DNA of 25,879 nucleotides from Polyangiales bacterium (GCA_964202905.1 CAXNJO010000019.1:1-25879), one strand, 5' to 3'; positions 17,620 through 25,879 are shown, counted from the stretch's first letter. Notes: generated by a model from the sequence alone, not told the origin. Made by a program: numbers and translations.

Positions 17620-19788
17620 ATGAACACCTTTCTTCCCGCTCGCTCCTCCTCCCCGCGCGTCCTGCTCGCGCTCGCCCTCGCCACGCTCCCCGTCGCGGGG
17701 ACGTTCGCCGCGGGTTGCGGCGGCGGCGCGGCCGTCGGCGCGTTCGCCCCCACCTTCGCCGACAGCGACACGGCGCGCGTCGCGGCGCTCTCCGCGCGCC
17801 TCGCAGCCGCGGCGCCGCGCGAGACGTCGGCGGTCGTCGTCGGCACCACGGACGGCCCCGCGCGCACCCTCTTCGCGTGGGACTTCGCGGCCGGGCGCGT
17901 CCTCTGGACCGTGCCGACCGCGACGCGTGGCGTGCCGATCGTCGCCGGCCGCCTCGTGCTCACGGACGAAGACGGGCGCGTGGTCGCGCGCGCGCTCCGC
18001 GACGGAACCGAGGTGTACGCCACCGAGACCGAGGCCCTGCACCTCGTCGGCGGCGACGGCGAGGGCGCGCTCACGGCGTTCACGCTCTCGACGGGCGGCG
18101 GCGAGGGCGCCACGTCGCGGATCGTGCTGCTCGAGGACGGCGCCGAGCGCTGGTCGCGTCCCGCATTCCACGCGGTCGGCGCGCCGGCGGTGCACGCAGG
18201 CCTCGTGCTCGTGCCCTGGGCCCACCAGAACGTGTCCGTGTTCGACGCATCCACGGGCGGGGAGTCCGACCGCCTGCGCGTGACGGATGACGTCGTCGGG
18301 CGGGCGCTCGTGTCGGGCGGGCAGGTGTACATCGCGCAGGCAGGCGCGTTCCGCGTGACGCCCTCGCTCGCGACGGGCTCGAAGGCGCGCGCCGCCTATT
18401 ACGCGCACCGCCTCGCGCGGCCGCTGCCCGGCCAGCCGCCCTTCCTCGCGGACGCGTACGCCCCTCCCCCGGCGCCGGACAGCGCCGCCGCGCGCGTGCG
18501 GCTCGCGTGGGCCCCTGCGGGCGAAGGCGAGACGGTGTCGCTCGCCGACGAGACGCTCTACCTGCTGTTCTACAAGCTCGTCTTCGCGCTGACGCCCGAT
18601 GCCTCGGGCGTGCGCTGGGTCGCGCAACGCGGCGCGGATCTCGCGGGCGCGTCCGTCGTCCCGGGCGGGTTGCTCGTCGCCGATCGCGACGGCACCGTCG
18701 ACCTCCTCGGCGCCGCCGATGGGCGATCCGTCTTCCGTGCGCGGCTCGGCGTGCAGCCGACCGTCGCCGTCTTCTCGGGCGCCGCACCCGTCGCGGGCGC
18801 GCCGCTCGGCGAGGCGATGCCGCTGCGCGACCAGCTCCTCGCGGCCGCCGAAAACACCGACACCCGCCTCTCGCCGGCGCGCGTGCTCGCGGTGCAGCTG
18901 CTCGGCGCGCTGCCCGAGCCCGAGGTGACGACCAACCTCGTCGCGATCTGCGGCGGCGGGCGCGTCCCGCCCGTCGTGCAGCGCGCCGCCTGCGACGCGC
19001 TCGGCGAACGCACCGCGGGCGGCGACCAGGTGCTCGCGGCCCTCGAGCGCCGCGCGTCGTTCCTCGAGGGCACGACGGCCCCGCCGGCCGGTGCGCTCGC
19101 ACGCGCGGCGGTGCGCATGCAGGAGCGGCGCGCGGTGCCGCAGCTCGTCGCGCACCTGCGCGATCCGCAGACGCCCGCCGAGCAGCTCGTCGGCATCGTC
19201 GATGCCCTCCGCCAGCTCGGCGACCGGTCAGCCGCCGAGCCCCTCGAGGAGTTCCTGCGGCTCTACCACGCGGACGAGCCGAGCCCCGCGCTCGGCGCCG
19301 CGCTCGGCGCCGCGGCCGATGCCCTCGTCGCGCTCGTGGGGCCCGTCGCCGCCGAGACGCTCCGTGAGGTCGCCGACGACCCCCTCGGCATGCCCGCAGC
19401 GCGGGGCCGCGCACAGCAGGCGCTCGATGCGCTCGCGGCGCAGCAGGCGGCGGCCGAGGGGGCCGACGCCGCGGCCCGCGACGGCGGCACGCCGGGCCCC
19501 ACGGGCAGCGCCGCGTCGGGCACGGACGCGCGGCCGCTCCACCTCGGCGCCGCCGACGTCGAGCGCGCCATCGCCGTCGTGCGCCGCGAGCTCGTGACGT
19601 GCCTCCGCGCCGATCCCGCGCGTCCGCGGTCCGCGCGCGTGATCGTCGTCGCCGACGGGGACGGCACCATCACGCAGGTCACCGCCTCCGCCGCCGAGGC
19701 GTGCATCGCCCCGCTCGTCCGCGCGCAGCGGCTGCCCGCGGTGCGCCAGGGCGAGCGCCAGCAGGTCACCTACACGCTGCGTCCCTGA
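17620..19788 (+). CDS. Lipoprotein with PQQ-like beta-propeller, HEAT repeats and C-terminal AgmX/PglI-like domain
   Basis: ATG 17620; lipobox FAAGC; propeller blades LFAWDFAAGRVLW, VFDASTGGE, LLGAADGRSVF; HEAT motifs RAVPQLVAHLRDP, LRQLGDRSAAEPL; C-terminal LVTCL...DGDGTITQV...EACIAPLVRAQRLP. Confidence 0.85.
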   Translation: MNTFLPARSSSPRVLLALALATLPVAGTFAAGCGGGAAVGAFAPTFADSDTARVAALSARLAAAAPRETSAVVVGTTDGPARTLFAWDFAAGRVLWTVPTATRGVPIVAGRLVLTDEDGRVVARALRDGTEVYATETEALHLVGGDGEGALTAFTLSTGGGEGATSRIVLLEDGAERWSRPAFHAVGAPAVHAGLVLVPWAHQNVSVFDASTGGESDRLRVTDDVVGRALVSGGQVYIAQAGAFRVTPSLATGSKARAAYYAHRLARPLPGQPPFLADAYAPPPAPDSAAARVRLAWAPAGEGETVSLADETLYLLFYKLVFALTPDASGVRWVAQRGADLAGASVVPGGLLVADRDGTVDLLGAADGRSVFRARLGVQPTVAVFSGAAPVAGAPLGEAMPLRDQLLAAAENTDTRLSPARVLAVQLLGALPEPEVTTNLVAICGGGRVPPVVQRAACDALGERTAGGDQVLAALERRASFLEGTTAPPAGALARAAVRMQERRAVPQLVAHLRDPQTPAEQLVGIVDALRQLGDRSAAEPLEEFLRLYHADEPSPALGAALGAAADALVALVGPVAAETLREVADDPLGMPAARGRAQQALDALAAQQAAAEGADAAARDGGTPGPTGSAASGTDARPLHLGAADVERAIAVVRRELVTCLRADPARPRSARVIVVADGDGTITQVTASAAEACIAPLVRAQRLPAVRQGERQQVTYTLRP

Positions 19789-19876
19789 ACGCCCCCGAAC
19801 GCGGCGTGCGCCCCGCGCGCGGCGTACCGAGCGGATGCACGCCGGTCCGCACGGGCGCCGGCGATGACGCGCCGCG

Positions 19877-20970
19877 TCAAAGCGCGCGCGCGAGCAGCGT
19901 CGCGAGGTCCAGCACCTCGTCGGCGCCCGCCCGCGCGAACGCCCGCGCGGAGGCCGGGCAGGCGGTGACGACGGTGCCGCCGCCCGAGCGCGCGTGGTCC
20001 GCCAGCCGCTCCGCCGCGATGCCCTCCGCCGTCGCCCGGTCGGTGCGCGGGAGCTGCCCGCCCGCGCCGCTGCAGCCGCCGCGCTCGCGGTGCTCCGCGA
20101 ACTCACCGGGCGGACGGCCCGTGACCCGCGCGATGGCGGCCCGCGGCGCGTCGTAGACGCCGAGTCCCCGCCCGAGCCGGCAGGGGTCGTGGTAGCGGAG
20201 GGCGCCCGCGACCTCGACGCGCCCGAAGGTCTCGAGCCGCTCGCCCGCGACCTCCGCGAGGTGCCGCAGTCGCGTGTCGCCGCGCACGCCGAAGCGGCGG
20301 GCCTCGACGCGCAGCGCGTGCAGGCAGCCGGGGTCCTGGAACACGGCCTCGCGCGCGTCGCCGAGCCGCGCCACGAAGGCCTCCGCCGCGGCCGTGAACC
20401 CCGCGACGTCGCCGGCCTCGAGCAGCGGCAGCCCGCAGCACGCGCCCGCCTCGACGCGCACGTCCCCGCCGGCGAGCGCGCGCGTCACGCGCAGGCCGTC
20501 GCGCGCCGCGTCCGGCGTCTGCGTGACGGCGGTACAGCCCGGGACGAACACGGTCTCGCTCCCCGGCGCGCCGCCGTCGCCGGCGAACAGCGCGTCCGCG
20601 GCCGCGACCGCCCGCGCGCGCGCGCGCCGTGCCGCGCAATCACCGCGAGCGCCTCCGCGGGCGCCGCGCCGCCACGCACCGCCTCCGCACGTGCGGCGTC
20701 GAGCGTCACCGCGACCTCGTTCTCGTGCACGCAGAACGTCTTGCAGCGCTGGCAGCCCGTGCACGCGTAGAAGCTCGCCGCGAGGGTCGGCTCGAGCGGC
20801 AGCGTCCCACGCGCGATGTGGTGCACGGCGCTCATCTTCGCCCAGGGCGTCGTCGTCTCGCGGGCCTGCACCGTCGACACCGGACAGCTGAAGCGGCAGA
20901 GCTTCGGGCAGTACGCGCAGTACGTGTGGGCGCGCTCGTGCTCGTCCACGAGCGGGAGTCTCGACGGCAT
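19877..20970 (-). CDS. (Fe-S)-binding protein, GlpC/GlcF/HdrD-like (2x[4Fe-4S] + CCG domains); frameshift in (GC)n run at 20613-20627
   Basis: CAYCPKLCRFSCP and CTGCQRCKTFC in the frame starting at ATG 20970; FVPGC, CCGLPL, DPGC, YHDPCRLGR, CSGAGG, VTACP in the frame ending at 19877. Confidence 0.9.
20613..20627. repeat. (CG)7C dinucleotide run at the frameshift site
   Basis: cgcgcgcgcgcgcgc; removing one dinucleotide restores HGARARAVAAADALF. Confidence 0.8.
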
Positions 20971-21110
20971 GCGCGCGAGCCTCACACAAGGCGCGCCGCG
21001 ACGCACGCGCGCCGCGTCCCCGACCGCCCGCACGACGACGACGCGGCGGCCCCCGCGGCACCCGGGCGCGCCATGGTGCGGCGTGTCGAGGGGCTGCTAG
21101 ACCAGCGCGC

Positions 21111-21842
21111 GTGTATCCCAAACCCCGCCGCCGCCCCGCCGCGCTCGTCGCCGCCTCTCCCCTCTCGCCGGGCGTCCGGCTCCTCGTGCTCCGCGTGACC
21201 GACGGCGAGCCGTTCGACTTCGTCGCGGGGCAGTGGGTCGACCTCGAGATCCCCATCGACGGCGACATCCTCAAGCGCCCGTACTCGATCGCGTCCGCCC
21301 CGGCCGACGAGGCGCACGACCAACTCGAGGTCGCCGTGACGCACGTCGATGGCGGGCCCGCGTCCTCGGCGCTCCACGCGCTGCCCGTGGGCACGACGCT
21401 CGAGCTCGTCGGCCCGAGCGGGCTCTTCACGCGCGACCGCGCAGACCCGGCGCTGCCGAGCGTCTTCGTGGGCACCGGCACCGGCGTCACGCCCCTCCGC
21501 GCGATGATCCGCGACGAGCTGCGCCGCGCCTCGGACGGGCCGCCGGTCACGCTGCTCTTCGGCTGCCGCACGGAGGCCGATCTCCTCTTCCGCGGCGAAT
21601 TCGAAGACGCCGCGCGGCGGCACCCGCGCTTCCGCTACGAGCCCACGCTCTCACGCGCGGAGGCCGGCTGGACGGGCCGGACGGGGCACGTGCAGGCACA
21701 CCTCCCCGGCCTGCTCGAGGGGCAGGCGGACGCCCACGTCTACGTCTGCGGGCTCACGCCCATGGTCAGCGGCGTGCGCACCCTGCTGAAGGAGCAACTC
21801 GGCTTCGATCGGCGGCAGGTGCACTCGGAGCGCTACGACTGA
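21111..21842 (+). CDS. FNR-family FAD/NAD(P)-binding oxidoreductase
   Basis: FVAGQWV, RPYSIAS (RxYS), GPSGLF, GTGTGVTPLRAMI, LLFGCRTEADL, YVCGLTPMV, C-terminal HSERYD. Confidence 0.93.
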   Translation: MYPKPRRRPAALVAASPLSPGVRLLVLRVTDGEPFDFVAGQWVDLEIPIDGDILKRPYSIASAPADEAHDQLEVAVTHVDGGPASSALHALPVGTTLELVGPSGLFTRDRADPALPSVFVGTGTGVTPLRAMIRDELRRASDGPPVTLLFGCRTEADLLFRGEFEDAARRHPRFRYEPTLSRAEAGWTGRTGHVQAHLPGLLEGQADAHVYVCGLTPMVSGVRTLLKEQLGFDRRQVHSERYD

Positions 21843-21856
21843 ACGCGCTCGCATCG

Positions 21857-21918
21857 GCACTTCACGAAGCACTTCGGGAAGTCGAGCAGTTGCCCAGTTC
21901 GCGGGGCGATGGCATGCG
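21857..21918 (+). promoter_or_regulatory. Putative promoter with upstream tandem operator-like repeat
   Basis: gcacttcacgaa/gcacttcgggaa direct repeat (21857-21880), then TTGCCC (21890-21895) - 17 nt - CATGCG (21913-21918), ATG 6 nt later. Confidence 0.4.
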
Positions 21919-21924
21919 GGGCGC

Positions 21925-23871
21925 ATGACGGCCGTCGCCTCCCTGCCGCTCCGCCCCTGCGTCGCCGTGCGTCTCGCGCTGCCCGCGCCCGGGGCGTTTC
22001 GGCCGCTGCTCGTCGCGCTGGCGCTGCTGACGGCGGGGGGATGCCCACGGGGAGGCGGCGGGCTCGACGTCGAGACGCTGCCGCTCGTGACCACGGACGA
22101 CCCGCGCGCCGAGGCCGACCTGCGCGCCGCGCGCGAGGCGGCCGAAGCGGGACGCGCCGCCGACGCCGCGCAGCGCTACCAGCGTTTTCTCGAGCGCTAC
22201 CCGCGCGACCCGCTCGTGCCGATCGCCGAGCTCGGGCTCGGGCAGATCCTGCTCGCGCAAGGCGACTACCCGGGCGCGCTCGCCCGGTTCGCCCGCGTGA
22301 CACAGAGCCCGGACGCCGCGACCGCCGAGCGCGGGCGCTTCTACGAGGGCATCACGCTGCAGCTCGCGGGGGAGCCGCTGCAGGCGCTCGCGCGGCTGCG
22401 GCCGCTGCTCGGGCGCACGGTCGACCCGGCGGAGACCGCCCTGCTCCTGCGTTCGGTGGCGACCGCGAGCGCGCAAGTCGGCGAGCGGCTCGCCGCGATC
22501 GACGCACTCGACGCGCTCCTGCGCGAGCCCGTCACGGAGGACGCACGCACCACGGCGCGCGCGCAGCTCGAGTCCCTCGCGGCGAGCGCGCTCACGGCCG
22601 AGGAGGCACAGCGCGCCGAGGCGACGCTCCCGCACGGTGGTGCCGCGTGGCCGCTCGTCGCGCGGCGCGCGCTCCGCGAGGCGTTCGCGGCGGGCGACAT
22701 GGAGCGCGTGCGCACGCTCGGCGCGGCGCTGCAGGCCGCGGGCGCCGCCCTCGACGAAGAGCTCTCGTCGATGCTGCTCCGCGCCGCGCGCCCGGCGGAG
22801 GTCGCGCCTGGCGTCGTCGGCGCGATCCTCCCGCTGAGCGGGCGAGGACGCGAGGTCGGACAGCGCGCGCTCCGCGGCCTGATGCTCGCCGCCGGGACGC
22901 CCGCGACGGGCCCCGCCCCCGCCGGCGCGCCGCAGCTCGTGTTCCGCGACAGCGGTGGCGATCCGGCGCGCGCGGCCGCGGCCGTCGACGAGCTCGTCCA
23001 GCTCCATCGGGTCATCGCGATCATCGGCACGGTCGGTACCGACGAGTCCGCGGCCGCCGCCGCGCGCGCGCAGGCGCTCGGCGTGCCGCTGCTGACGCTC
23101 TCGGCCGCCGGCAACGCGACCGCGCAGGGCGCGATGGTGTTCCGCGCGTTCGCGACCCCCGACGCGGAGCTCGCCGCCCTCGTCGCCCGCGCGCGGGCCC
23201 GCGGCGCGCGGCGCTTCGCCGTGATCGGCCCGACGAGCGGCTTCGGTGACGCGATGCGCGCCGCCCTCGCCCGCGCCGTCGCCGCGCAGGGCGCAGAGCT
23301 CGTCGCGTCCCCGACCTACGCGCCCGGCGCGACCAGCTTCGGCCGGGAGGCCGCCGCGCTGCGGGCCGCGGCCCCCGACGCGGTCCTCGTCGCGGACGCC
23401 GCGCGCGCCGTCGCGCGCACCGCGCCCGCGCTCGCGGCCGCGGGCTCAGGTGCCTGCCCGCGGCACAGCTGATCCCGCGCGACGGGCGCGCGGTCGTGCT
23501 CCTCGCGCTCGGCCTCGGCTTCGACCTCCCTCGCGCGGACCTCGGGACGCTACCTGCAGGGCGCGCTCTTCTCCGTGCCCTTCCACGCGGCGACGTCGAC
23601 GGGCGCGGGCCGCGTCTTCGCCGACCGCTTCGCGCAGCAACAGCTCGGCGGCGAGCCCGACTCGTTCGCGGCGTTCGCCTACGACGCATACCGCCTCGTG
23701 CGCGGCGCGGTCGATGGTGGCGCGCGCACGCGACCCGACCTCGCGCTGCGCCTCGCGGGGCTCCGCGCCGACACCGCGAGCGCGCTCGGCGGCTTCACCC
23801 CGACGCGGGAGCCGCAGCGCGCGACGCGCCTGCTCGAGCTGCGCGGCGAGCTCTTCACCGCGACGGATTGA
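21925..23871 (+). CDS. LpoA-like penicillin-binding-protein activator / periplasmic-binding-fold lipoprotein with N-terminal TPR; two compensating indels at ~23442 and ~23526
   Basis: Lipobox TAGGC; TPR segment AAQRYQRFLERYPRDPLVPIAELGLGQI; VGAILPLSGRGREVG, FRDSGGDP, AIIG, YAPGATSF; C-terminus RYLQGALFSVPF...PDSFAAFAYDA in the same frame after a ~85-nt stretch read in another frame (GLRCLPAAQLIPRDGRAVVLLALGLGFD). Confidence 0.85.
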
Positions 23872-23973
23872 CGGGCGGTTCCGGGGACGCGCGCCGACCG
23901 ACGGTGCGCAGGGCCTCGGGGATGCGCACGACGTGCGGAGTCGATCGCCGCACGCGCACGCCGTGCGGCGACG

Positions 23974-25227
23974 TCAGCGGAGCGCGAGGAAACCGACGAC
24001 GCCGAGCCCCGCGACGGCGACCACCGCGAGGGCGATGAACAACCCGGCGCGCGAGCCGCTCGGCGCGACGGGGAGTTCCACGTCGTCGTCCGCCCGCATG
24101 GCGTTCGCCGCAGGCGCCGCGGCCGCGCGCTTCGCGGCGGCGGGCGCAGGCCCTTTGCCGGCTGCACTCGGGGGCGGCAGGCTCTCGGCCCCGAACGGCT
24201 TGGGCGGTGGCGGGACCGCCTGCGCGAGCGCGGCCTCGACCTCGCTCTGCGGCTTGTGCGCCCATGTGGCGGCCGCCCCCGTCAGCCCGAACGCGCGCAC
24301 CGTCCCGTCGGCGAGCTCGCGCACCGAGCCGTAGCGGCGGTTCTTGTCCTTGCGCAGGCCCTTGTCGACCACGTCATCGAGCGCGCCGGGCAGGCCGCCC
24401 ACGAGGAAGCTCGGGCCGGCGGGCTCCTCGTTCATGATCTTCATGAGGACCTGCGCGACGTTCCCGGCCTCGAAGGCGATCTTGCCGGTGAGCATCTCGT
24501 AGAGGATCGCCGAGCACGCGAAGACGTCGGTGCGCGCGTCGACGTCGAGCTTCCCCATCGCCTGCTCGGGAGACATGTAGTAAGGGCTGCCGAGCGTCGT
24601 GCCGAAGGCGGTGAGCTTGTTGCCCGTCTCGACCTGCAGCTTGACGCTGCCGAAGTCGAGGATGCGCACGACGTCGCCGTCCTCGCCGCGCACGAGGAAG
24701 ACGTTGTCCGGCTTGAGGTCGCGGTGGATGACGCCGAAGGAGTGCGCGTGGTCGAGCGCCTCCGCGAGCTGCGCGAGGATGCGCACGATCCGCGCCGCAG
24801 GGAGCGCGCCGTCGCGACGGATCCGGCCGCCGAGCTCTTCGCCCTGCAGGTACTCCATCGTCATGAAGTGCGAGCCGTCGTCCGTCTGCCCGAAGTCGAG
24901 CACCTTCACGACGTGCGGGTGCTCGAGCTCGCGCGCGGTGTCCGCCTCGCGCTTGAAGCGCTCGACGGCGACCCCGTCCTGCGCGACGAAGGCGTGCAGC
25001 ACCTTGATGGCGACGCGCTGTTTGGTCTGCGCGTGCCGCCCCTCGTAGACACGCCCCATCGCGCCGTCCGCGATCTGCGCGACGAGGACGTACTCACCGA
25101 GCTTCGTGCCGAGCCGCGCGTCCGAATCGCCGTTCGGGAGCTGCTGGATCGTCAGGTGACCATCGTTGCCGCAGAAGGCGATGGCGTCGTCGTAGACCGT
25201 CGCGCACGTCGGACACTTTCGAGTCAC
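23974..25227 (-). CDS. Hanks-type Ser/Thr protein kinase with N-terminal zinc-ribbon-like motif and C-terminal TM anchor
   Basis: CPTC...FCGNDG; ADGAMGRVY, VAIKVL, HRDLKPDN, DFG, GSPYYMSPEQ, DVFACSAILYEMLTG; terminal GLFIALAVVAVAGLGVVGFLAL. Confidence 0.96.
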   Translation of the reverse strand: MTRKCPTCATVYDDAIAFCGNDGHLTIQQLPNGDSDARLGTKLGEYVLVAQIADGAMGRVYEGRHAQTKQRVAIKVLHAFVAQDGVAVERFKREADTARELEHPHVVKVLDFGQTDDGSHFMTMEYLQGEELGGRIRRDGALPAARIVRILAQLAEALDHAHSFGVIHRDLKPDNVFLVRGEDGDVVRILDFGSVKLQVETGNKLTAFGTTLGSPYYMSPEQAMGKLDVDARTDVFACSAILYEMLTGKIAFEAGNVAQVLMKIMNEEPAGPSFLVGGLPGALDDVVDKGLRKDKNRRYGSVRELADGTVRAFGLTGAAATWAHKPQSEVEAALAQAVPPPPKPFGAESLPPPSAAGKGPAPAAAKRAAAAPAANAMRADDDVELPVAPSGSRAGLFIALAVVAVAGLGVVGFLALR

Positions 25228-25386
25228 GGCGCGGGACTAAGTATATTTCTCTTACCATTCTGATAACAAGAGTATGCCTTGTATAACCTAATAATCGGCA
25301 GATGCGAAGCGACGAAGTAGCGAAGCGGCGTTGAGCATCCCAAGTATTACTAAGGGTTATAAAGAATCCTTTATTTTTCTTTTTAT

Positions 25387-25498
25387 AAAACTTTTAGGCG
25401 TTCCCATAACTTTTAGACTTTCCCAAAACTTTTAAACTTTACAAAACTTCTAGACTTTCTATAAAACTTTTAAACTTTACAAAACTTTTAGACTTTCT
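25387..25498. repeat. Six 18-20-bp subrepeats, consensus AAAACTTTTARACTTT+2-4 nt
   Basis: Copies start at 25387, 25406, 25425, 25443, 25463, 25481. Confidence 0.9.
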
Positions 25499-25725
25499 AA
25501 AAAAATAAATAAATATAACTTATATAACCTCTTTGTAATACCTTGTATATCTTGGGATGCTCGACGCATCTGCCAACTTTAAGAGAAACTAAGTATATTT
25601 CTCTTACCATTCTGATAACAAGAATATACCTTGTATAACCTAATAATCGGCAGATGCGGTTAGCATCCCAAGTATTACTTAGCATATACTAAGGGTTATA
25701 AAGAATCCTTTATTTTTCTTTTTAT

Positions 25726-25780
25726 AAAACTTTTAAACTTTCCCAAAACTTTTAGACTTTACAAAACTTTTAGACTTTCT
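25726..25780. repeat. Three 18-19-bp subrepeats, same consensus
   Basis: Copies start at 25726, 25745, 25763. Confidence 0.9.
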
Positions 25781-25879
25781 AAAAAAATAAATAAATATAA
25801 CTTATATAACCTCTTTGTAATACCTTGTATATCTTGGGATGCTCGACGCATCTGCCAACTTTAAGAGAAACTAAGTATA

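Larger units (their letters stand above)
25236..25879. repeat. AT-rich non-coding tandem repeat of foreign composition: unit 1 25236-25587 (352 bp), unit 2 25588-25869 (282 bp), start of unit 3 25870-25879
   Basis: actaagtatatttctcttaccattctgataacaaga at 25236 and 25588, actaagtata again at 25870; near-identical flanks; abrupt GC drop. Confidence 0.95.

Noticed and set aside
16765..19788. 1007-aa single protein
   Set aside because: Artefact of a +1 indel at 17088-17091; two genes explain the sequence better.
23470..23472. Selenocysteine or stop-codon readthrough at the in-frame TGA
   Set aside because: The in-frame residues around it are nonsense while another frame is sensible; no redox-Cys context or evident SECIS.
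23872..23973. GC hairpins between convergent genes (also 10557-10655 and 19789-19876) as intrinsic terminators
   Set aside because: Short stems without U-tracts on either strand; not distinguishable from background.
25497..25685. 62-aa minus-strand ORF in the AT-rich tail
   Set aside because: It spans the junction of two non-coding repeat units, has no recognisable motif, and indels between the units do not preserve it.
25387..25780. Short regularly spaced repeats as a CRISPR array
   Set aside because: Copies are adjacent with no unique spacers, are only 18-20 bp, and no cas genes are present.
25236..25879. IS element or prophage end
   Set aside because: No transposase, integrase or phage ORF and no identifiable target-site duplication within the window.

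Overview
Positions 1-25235 are very GC-rich (roughly 75% by eye), gene-dense chromosomal DNA that looks like Myxococcota, probably Polyangiales/Sandaracinus-like; this is inferred from the Myxococcus Cys-rich repeat, AgmX/PglI-like domains, many lipoproteins and a zinc-ribbon Hanks kinase. Genes in order: two-component pair, Cys-repeat lipoprotein, membrane protein, DEAD-box helicase with DbpA-type C-terminus, TonB-C/AgmX-like lipoprotein, Cys-rich M43-like metalloprotease, an SDR lacking its catalytic triad, a 59-aa protein behind a sigma54-type promoter, a DUF4350-MoxR-DUF58-rsmA operon, three exported HEAT/beta-propeller proteins, a GlpC-like Fe-S protein divergent from an FNR-like reductase, an LpoA-like lipoprotein and a Ser/Thr kinase. 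Four genes carry small indels (five in total) at homopolymers or repeats, most simply explained as long-read consensus errors. At 25236 the sequence switches abruptly to an AT-rich (about 30% GC) non-coding tandem repeat. Each unit (352 and 282 bp) is an imperfect fold-back around a variable array of 18-20-bp subrepeats; it is foreign DNA or a chimeric join. Many genes have a -10-like hexamer 6-7 nt before the start codon and no SD, suggesting widespread leaderless mRNAs. No tRNA, rRNA, CRISPR array or transposase was recognised.
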